A stretch of 64,000 bases of DNA from IMG/VR virus record IMGVR_UViG_3300017565_000002, positions 32,001 to 96,000 of that record, one strand, 5' to 3'. The notes beneath the pieces are model-generated. The model was not told where the DNA came from. It did not search any database and worked only from the letters and a program-made list of their open reading frames with translations. Within the stretch, counting starts at the first letter, position 1. Each line of letters begins with the position of its first letter. Of the stretch, positions 58,009-64,000 are shown one piece after another. The translations under genes and the position numbers were made by a program. The stretch is from a virus (lineage: Duplodnaviria > Caudoviricetes).

Positions 58009-60198
58009 ATGGAACCCAAGAAGATTGTAAAGCGACTGAATCGATATATTGATGAAAATCGGTATGCGTCAGCTGCTAGTCTCGTATCATCACCCGATGT
58101 GGCCGAGAGCTTGTTATCATACTTGTATTGGGTGGAGAGAAACATCTCCAATCGCGGAGATTATGATGAAGTAATGAAAGACATAGAAGAAGCAATTGAG
58201 ACTGTTATTAAGGTTTCCAAACTTCTCTATGACATCAACTGGACAAGAACTGGGCTTATGTTCAGACTTATGCCGGACGAAGTGTATGACAATTTGCTTG
58301 AGCGTTATAAGAGTATCAAAGATCAAGAGCCGTTCCCGGACAAAGTATTCTCTGGAATGAGAGATGAATCTCACGACTTTCCTGAATTGGTGGGTACACT
58401 GGATAAGGCATATGAGATTCGAGACATCAGTGACAAAATGTCGCTTGAGAAGTTCTTGAAAAGAATTATGACGTCTATGAACTTGAAGCGATTGGCTATT
58501 GGTATTGGTGAGAAGTACGACGGAACTTCTATTTCGGCAACCTTCTCAACAGTTTCTACATTGACTATTCCATTAAAGGCAACTTCCCGCGGAGACTTCA
58601 TTGAAAATAAAGGAGTCGACATGAGTCGATTGGTCATCGGGCGTAAGGGATTTGGTATAGGCCCATTCCATACCCTGATGGATAAAATGGGTATCCAATA
58701 TGAGGTGATGATCACCGAGGATGGAAGGAATCAGTTATCGAAGCTGACCGGAATCAACTATTCGACTCGTCGAGCAGCCGCTACAGCCGCTGTAAAACGG
58801 CTTACCCATGGCGATCTGTCACAGGATGAGGTTGAAAAGTTCTTTAAATGCATATCTTTGGTCCCACTGAACGTCAATGAGCAATTCCTACGTGTACTAG
58901 ATCTGAGCTGGTTTCAAGCGATGGATCAACTTGGAACTGTTGCAAAGTATGGAGACATCACACCTAAGATTGATATCATTGAGGGTACGTTAGAGGAACT
59001 CTTGGTTCAGTTTACCGACTACGTAGCGAAATATGCAGCCCTCAGAAACACATTGCCCTACAATATTGATGGGCTAGTAGTTTCCGTTGTCGATGAAGCT
59101 GTGCGTAAGGAATTGGGAAGATCCAACAATAAGAATCGTTGGCAAATTGCCTATAAGTTCAATGCATTAGTAAGACGAACGAAGGTAATTGGTATCCTAA
59201 CCACACAAGGACGTCAAGGGTTTTTAGGCCATAACATCCTGTTTGATCCAATCGAGTTCAATGGTGTGCAGTATGATAAGGCACCTGTGAATAATGTGAC
59301 TCGATTTAATGGATTGGATTTACGCATTAGAGATGAAGTATTAGTCTCCTATAATGCAGATGTGATGGGATATCTATATAAAGACGATACCTGTGTGCCA
59401 AACCCCGACGGAAAGAAGATTAAACTTCCGAAACGGTGTGTCAACTGCGAAGAACCGCTAATCATCGTAAAGGATATGCTCAAGTGTACAAACGAGGATT
59501 GCCCCGGTCAACAGATTGGGCGTATCTTAGAGGTTATTCGTATTTTGGATATCGATTTCTTCGGGGAAGAAACAGCTCAAGCCCTGACTGAGAATGGTAT
59601 CACAAATGCGATTGACTTCATCAGTATGGACAGGGATACATTAGCTAAAGTGCTTGTCGGAAAGAACTTGGACAAAGCATGGAAGCAATTCCGGGATAAG
59701 ATAGAAGCCGAGATTGACTATGCAAAAGTAGTGGATCTCCTCCGAGTACCTTCTCTCCGGACGAAGACAGCCAGAAAGATCTTGGATCACATTGGTGTTA
59801 CCAAGTTTCTATCCTTGATGGTAGGTTCTGCAACGCAAACGGGTCAACGCTATCTGGCTAAATCTCTCACAGAAGTTCCGGGTATTAATAAGAATGCGAC
59901 AGGATTTGCCGAGGGGTTAGCAGCTAAGCTTGATGAATTTAATCGACTTGTTGGGCTACTGAATGTCGTAGAAGGAACCCAACCAGTATTTGATAAAATG
60001 GTATTGGTATCAGGGTTTAGACGGGATGACACATTCGAGGAAATCTGTAAGAAATTGAACTATGGTGTGACAGATTCGGGGAAATATGATATTCTGGTTG
60101 TGACACAAGACCGGCTAGATGGGTCTAAAGCACGTGCTGCTCGAAAATCCGGAAAACCGATCTATACGCTTCCGGAATTTATTTCCAAATATAAATAA
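58009..60198 (+). CDS. ligA: NAD-dependent DNA ligase
   Basis: EKYDG, IDGLV, IAYKF, Zn finger CVNC...C....C, HhH region and BRCT. Confidence 0.93.
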   Translation: MEPKKIVKRLNRYIDENRYASAASLVSSPDVAESLLSYLYWVERNISNRGDYDEVMKDIEEAIETVIKVSKLLYDINWTRTGLMFRLMPDEVYDNLLERYKSIKDQEPFPDKVFSGMRDESHDFPELVGTLDKAYEIRDISDKMSLEKFLKRIMTSMNLKRLAIGIGEKYDGTSISATFSTVSTLTIPLKATSRGDFIENKGVDMSRLVIGRKGFGIGPFHTLMDKMGIQYEVMITEDGRNQLSKLTGINYSTRRAAATAAVKRLTHGDLSQDEVEKFFKCISLVPLNVNEQFLRVLDLSWFQAMDQLGTVAKYGDITPKIDIIEGTLEELLVQFTDYVAKYAALRNTLPYNIDGLVVSVVDEAVRKELGRSNNKNRWQIAYKFNALVRRTKVIGILTTQGRQGFLGHNILFDPIEFNGVQYDKAPVNNVTRFNGLDLRIRDEVLVSYNADVMGYLYKDDTCVPNPDGKKIKLPKRCVNCEEPLIIVKDMLKCTNEDCPGQQIGRILEVIRILDIDFFGEETAQALTENGITNAIDFISMDRDTLAKVLVGKNLDKAWKQFRDKIEAEIDYAKVVDLLRVPSLRTKTARKILDHIGVTKFLSLMVGSATQTGQRYLAKSLTEVPGINKNATGFAEGLAAKLDEFNRLVGLLNVVEGTQPVFDKMVLVSGFRRDDTFEEICKKLNYGVTDSGKYDILVVTQDRLDGSKARAARKSGKPIYTLPEFISKYK

Positions 60199-60208
60199 AT
60201 TGAGTTCT

Positions 60209-60220
60209 AACAATTTATTG
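60209..60220 (+). promoter_or_regulatory. late promoter motif AACA-N6-TG preceding a non-coding unit
   Basis: AACAATTTATTG, 11 nt after the ligase stop. Confidence 0.6.
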
Positions 60221-60540
60221 AATCTGAATCTTAGTCGAAGGGTCGCCAGAGGCGATTTTGGATCAAATCTCTTCGTACTCATAATCGCTTTACCGTAGAC
60301 GGAACTGACTGTGCATGTGCGCGGCGGCGAACAATGGGCTAGGGATGTGAAGAGTGCAGGTTGTTTTACCATCGGCCTTGTACTGAAGAATTCCAACGCT
60401 CGGTTTGCATTCTGTCATTTGAGGGAGAGCTGGAGACTGATACGGAGGTACGATCAAACAATTCCAAATGGACCCTGTTTGACTAAGGTGATAAGATCAG
60501 TAACGGACTGAGCCATAAAGGTGCTCAGTCCGTTATCTTT
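60220..60540 (+). ncRNA. candidate novel structured ncRNA (~320 nt)
   Basis: About 48% GC (hand count). 15-bp long-range stem 60230-60244 / 60471-60487, internal stems, perfect 13-bp terminal hairpin 60501-60535. Confidence 0.65.
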
Positions 60541-60653
60541 GTCGAGTAATTTATAATGACCCATAAAACTAAAAATAGCATGAAATGCGGGAATGTATAG
60601 AAAGAAAAAGGCCTAACCATTTCAAATATTTTAAAACACTACAACGACCAATG

Positions 60654-60662
60654 ATATATTAT
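60654..60662 (+). promoter_or_regulatory. early promoter motif ATATATTAT
   Basis: Exact copy upstream of the 60706 gene. Confidence 0.7.
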
Positions 60663-60705
60663 AGGATAGTATAACCACTTTAAATCTCGAAGGAGATGGA
60701 AGACA

Positions 60706-61470
60706 ATGATTGAAGCGTACATTAGTTTAAAGACTGCTAAGAAGGTTATGGATTTGGCTGACTGGAAAGACTTTGTCAAGCAAATCACAAAGGAAGCCGA
60801 TGACAGAGACAAAGCCAAGGAAAATATGGATATGGTCATACAGGCTCATATTACCTCGGCGATATCGCAGGCAATTCCGCGTGCTGTGTATTTGAAAGTG
60901 CTTGAATTGTCGAAGCAGGGTCAATTGGAAGATGGTGAGATAGTTGGCTCCGTACATATCGGACCATTATCATATAGTGCAATTGTTTCACGTCAAGAGG
61001 AAAACGGTACAGTTTCCGTCACCCCTCATTTGGATTCCACAGATCCAAACGGCGAATCTTGGTCGTATCAGCTATTCGAGCGTAAGCCATACAAACATCC
61101 CGAGCTTCTGCAAATCATTGCAACGCAAATACTGGATAACGAAGATATCCTGATCGAATGCGTCCGCAATTTCTTTGCAGGATGGACATACGATTCCAAT
61201 AAGGATGTATGGGTTGAAAATGATGCCATGTTTGATTTAAGTTTCACGGATAGCGATATCTCGCATTTTATCGCAATTCACATCATGACGTTATTGTATG
61301 CGCTCGTCAATTCACTTGGAGAGGATGATGCGGAGGGCTATTCCGGTGTGCATATCCCACAGGAAGGTACCTATCTAATTTCCACTTCGTCTGACGGGAC
61401 GATGGTTGTAAGCTTGGTGCCAGACGTTAATTACAAACTTGCAATCAAGAACGACAGACTCAAGTTGTAG
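60706..61470 (+). CDS. early acidic protein, paralog 1
   Basis: Shares GPxxY, YD....WVE, EGTY.I and AIKNDRL with the 61569 gene. Confidence 0.8.
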   Translation: MIEAYISLKTAKKVMDLADWKDFVKQITKEADDRDKAKENMDMVIQAHITSAISQAIPRAVYLKVLELSKQGQLEDGEIVGSVHIGPLSYSAIVSRQEENGTVSVTPHLDSTDPNGESWSYQLFERKPYKHPELLQIIATQILDNEDILIECVRNFFAGWTYDSNKDVWVENDAMFDLSFTDSDISHFIAIHIMTLLYALVNSLGEDDAEGYSGVHIPQEGTYLISTSSDGTMVVSLVPDVNYKLAIKNDRLKL

Positions 61471-61492
61471 TTAGTCGATTTAAAAATCAAGC

Positions 61493-61501
61493 ATATATTA
61501 T
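61493..61501 (+). promoter_or_regulatory. early promoter motif ATATATTAT
   Basis: Exact copy upstream of the 61569 gene. Confidence 0.7.
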
Positions 61502-61568
61502 TAAACTGAGTATGTGACATACTATTGTATGTATCACATAAATAAATGACTAAAGGAGAATAAAGAAC

Positions 61569-62273
61569 ATGGCAAAATCCTTTATCGAACTTACAAATGA
61601 GGCAACAGTTGCGGCATTCGAATGCCAGCAACTCAACGACGGGCAAGAGAAACATGCCCCCGTCGATTTGGTACTGCAATCTATCATCGATTCCGGCATC
61701 TCAGCGGGAATTCCGAGGGCACTATATCTCCTGATGGAGAAAGATCCACGGGAGGAAGTGTCGATTGAAGTCGGCCCGTTTACGTACGGTGTATCGCTGA
61801 AGAAAACCGGCGAGTCGATGTCGCTTAACCCGATGTTTTCGTTAACCAACGAAAAGAAGACGATCAATGAGTTGGGCGAATATGAAGAAAAGATGATCAA
61901 ACTTATCCCACTCATTGATTCTGTTTCCCAGTCGATCACCAATGATCTGCTGCTCGAAACTGTCATTCATACTTGCAAATTGGACGAGTACGACACAACA
62001 ACTTCCGCATGGGTTGAAAAGGTCAACGACGCGGACAAGGGTGTCGATCTCGACCGGTATACGGTATCGTTCCTGATTGCTTCCCATGTGGTCGCAATTC
62101 TGCACGTACTCGCCAATCAGCGCAATGCCGAGGAATTGGTGAAGTATGAAGTGCCGGGTGAAGGTACTTATACGATCCAATCCGTCAAAGGCAAATGGGA
62201 AATCGGATTCATTGCAAGCAAAGAGTTCAAGCAGGCTATCAAGAACGACCGTTTGGTGGACGCCCTGGCATAA
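61569..62273 (+). CDS. early acidic protein, paralog 2
   Basis: AAAGGAG RBS, own early promoter and terminator; paralog of the 60706 gene. Confidence 0.8.
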   Translation: MAKSFIELTNEATVAAFECQQLNDGQEKHAPVDLVLQSIIDSGISAGIPRALYLLMEKDPREEVSIEVGPFTYGVSLKKTGESMSLNPMFSLTNEKKTINELGEYEEKMIKLIPLIDSVSQSITNDLLLETVIHTCKLDEYDTTTSAWVEKVNDADKGVDLDRYTVSFLIASHVVAILHVLANQRNAEELVKYEVPGEGTYTIQSVKGKWEIGFIASKEFKQAIKNDRLVDALA

Positions 62274-62287
62274 TTCATATAGTAGAC

Positions 62288-62316
62288 ATCCCCAGTATAG
62301 ATTTTATACTGGGGAT
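62288..62316 (+). terminator. hairpin terminator
   Basis: ATCCCCAGTATA / TATACTGGGGAT perfect 12-bp stem. Confidence 0.8.
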
Positions 62317-62369
62317 TCTTCTATTACTAACATCACGAAAATTTTTTATCGTTTGAAGGAGGGTAACAC

Positions 62370-64000
62370 TTGGGATATGTAAGTAAGCTTGTAGCTGAAT
62401 ACTCAGATACACTGACCGAGGATATCAACGAGGATTTGTTTGATCGACGCAAGGGTAAGCAGATACACGAGTTTATCATCGACGATCTCAAATCCATTGA
62501 GATGCTGTCCAATATTTACGTCAAAGATATAGAGTATATTACAGACCCATCGAGAATTGACGTAAAGCTAAATCTGAATAATATAAAGAGCAAGAAGATT
62601 CTGAAGCAAAAGCTAGAGAAACTTATCTCTATCGAACACACAGCCTTCGATGCTCTGAAGTTTACCATTGAAATTGGGCGTAAGCATAAGGTAGAAAACC
62701 TGATCCTTATTCCCAAATATGTGGATCGGTTTCACTTCCTTGTCAATGGGAATAAGACATTAGTCATGTTCCAAGTCATTGATAATGCCATATTCAATCA
62801 GAAAGGTTCCATCATTCTGAAGTCTCGTCCTCCGGCACATATCAGTAAAGAAGCCCGGAAGAAAGCGACATTGCTGGACGTGGTTACCGGGGAAGAATTT
62901 AAAACAGATCTAATCATCATCGACCTGTTTAAGAAGAAGTTCTCCCCGTTGTTTTATTACGCAGCAAAGAAAGGAATACTGGAAACGATCAAATACTTCG
63001 GATATGAAAAGTTTGCAGACATCGTAACCGAAGTGAGAAATCCCGAGCTATTTCACTACTTCAAGATTAACTCTAATCTGATGATAGAAGTCGAGAAGTC
63101 ACTGTTTAATGTGGACGGTTTCTTCAAGACATTCGTCGGGATGTTTACGGGGTTATTCAACGCAAGAACTCGTATTGACGATATTTACGACCAAGACCTA
63201 TGGATTAAACGCCTTGGATCACTGTTCACCAGTTCGTCCAAGAATCAACACAATAAAGGTCTTGATGTGTTGAAGTCGTTTAAGAATATATTGGATGCGA
63301 CCACACAACGTGTGCTCCGGATAGAAGACCGAGAGAAAAATGATGTGTATGCAGTTATGCGGTGGATTATGCGGGATTTTGGCATGCTTCGAAATGCAGA
63401 CAATCATGATCTCCGGAATAAACGTATACGATATAACGAATATATCGCGGCATACTTCGGGATGATCTTGAAGACAAAAGTAAACTATGCCTTGAACATG
63501 AAGAACTATGATCCAGATAAACTGGTGAAAATCTTCAAGCTCAATGAGCATGTTCTATTTAAGGCATTATTTGGTGGGATGAAAGCTTGCCCGTTGTTCC
63601 GATATAATATTGATACGAATGATTTGCAAGCCTTGAATGGATTGAAATTCTCAATCACGGGTATTCAAGGGATTCCGTCCAAACGAGTGAAAGACGAGCA
63701 GAGGGATATCTATCCTTCCCACTTGGGTAAGTTTGAGTTAAATGCAATCTCATCCGGATCACCGGGTTTATCAGGTATGCTAACGCCATTCTGTAAAATT
63801 TATGGGGATGGCTATTTTGGTTCCGAGGAAGAAACGACTAAGAGTCGTTATCGGGCTAAACTGAAGAAGAGGGTTAAGCATATTAAGGAAGATGAGGAAC
63901 GATATGAAAAGATTAAGCAGCATCATGATAATGCTGTAGCCCAGCATGAGAAAAGAATGTGGCTGTATAAATATTCCGCATTCAGGAATCAGAAAGGGTT
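62370..64000 (+). CDS. rpoB: non-virion RNA polymerase beta subunit, N-terminal half; runs off right edge, missing from ORF track
   Basis: TTG start after AAGGAGGG; open to the window end; IPKY...LVNGNK...FQVID and RDIYPSHLGKFELNAISSGSPGLSGMLTPF (RpoB RDVHPxHYGR...PxxG). Confidence 0.88.
   Translation, partial: MGYVSKLVAEYSDTLTEDINEDLFDRRKGKQIHEFIIDDLKSIEMLSNIYVKDIEYITDPSRIDVKLNLNNIKSKKILKQKLEKLISIEHTAFDALKFTIEIGRKHKVENLILIPKYVDRFHFLVNGNKTLVMFQVIDNAIFNQKGSIILKSRPPAHISKEARKKATLLDVVTGEEFKTDLIIIDLFKKKFSPLFYYAAKKGILETIKYFGYEKFADIVTEVRNPELFHYFKINSNLMIEVEKSLFNVDGFFKTFVGMFTGLFNARTRIDDIYDQDLWIKRLGSLFTSSSKNQHNKGLDVLKSFKNILDATTQRVLRIEDREKNDVYAVMRWIMRDFGMLRNADNHDLRNKRIRYNEYIAAYFGMILKTKVNYALNMKNYDPDKLVKIFKLNEHVLFKALFGGMKACPLFRYNIDTNDLQALNGLKFSITGIQGIPSKRVKDEQRDIYPSHLGKFELNAISSGSPGLSGMLTPFCKIYGDGYFGSEEETTKSRYRAKLKKRVKHIKEDEERYEKIKQHHDNAVAQHEKRMWLYKYSAFRNQKG

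Noticed and set aside
60311-60511. 66-aa plus-strand ORF (and the 93-aa minus ORF 60115-60396)
   Set aside because: No SD, atypical composition, overlaps paired regions or the ligase; treated as chance ORFs.
60220-60540. Group I intron (GAGACTGATACG and AAGATCAGTAAC resemble R and S elements)
   Set aside because: The P7 G-binding pair is missing (CAGTA instead of CAGTC/TAGTC), no P/Q elements are recognisable, and the unit interrupts no gene.
799-63551. Numerous short ORFs antisense to or nested in long genes
   Set aside because: Shadow ORFs without RBS or promoter support; the long genes carry clear family motifs.
34369-64000. Inteins, group I introns or homing endonucleases in helicase, topoisomerase, ligase or RNAP genes (known in AR9)
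   Set aside because: ORFs are continuous with ordinary lengths; no C..HN intein ends or HNH/LAGLIDADG/GIY-YIG motifs noticed.
1-64000. CRISPR array, tRNA genes, IS elements, chimallin
   Set aside because: No regularly spaced direct repeats, cloverleafs, transposase motifs or ~600-aa ChmA-like ORF recognised in this window.

Overview
This window is part of a jumbo phage genome of the AR9/PBS1 (phiKZ-related) type. The host is probably an S-layer-bearing Bacillota, inferred from an SLH-tailed amidase. Left part (1-24.4 kb, minus strand): a lysis cassette (Amidase_2, holin candidate, 2-TM protein, phosphodiester glycosidase, Amidase_3-SLH) and about 20 kb of tail fibre, adhesin and baseplate genes (beta-propeller and LamG repeats). 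Middle: six late genes sharing an N-terminal M-x-I-x-E-R-L-x-L-I-x-E-G peptide (probable internal head proteins), an NlpC/P60 peptidase, a TARG1-like macrodomain, and an Xpf-like sigma factor. Right: SbcD-like nuclease, DnaB, SF1B helicase, type IIA topoisomerase B and A, lytic transglycosylase, FtsZ/tubulin homologue, RecA/UvsX, NAD-dependent ligase, and three split RNA polymerase beta-subunit genes. Two promoter motifs partition the genes: AACA-N6-TR before virion and lysis genes, and ATATATTAT before early and replication genes. The most novel signals are (i) two GC-rich structured non-coding units at 40484-40642 and 60220-60540, each starting exactly at a late-promoter motif and ending in a perfect hairpin, (ii) a G-rich, purine-skewed non-coding island at 24.5-24.8 kb, and (iii) the shared leader peptide, a candidate capsid-targeting signal, whose cargo includes an M48-like metalloprotease. 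All assignments come from manual motif reading; no searches were run.
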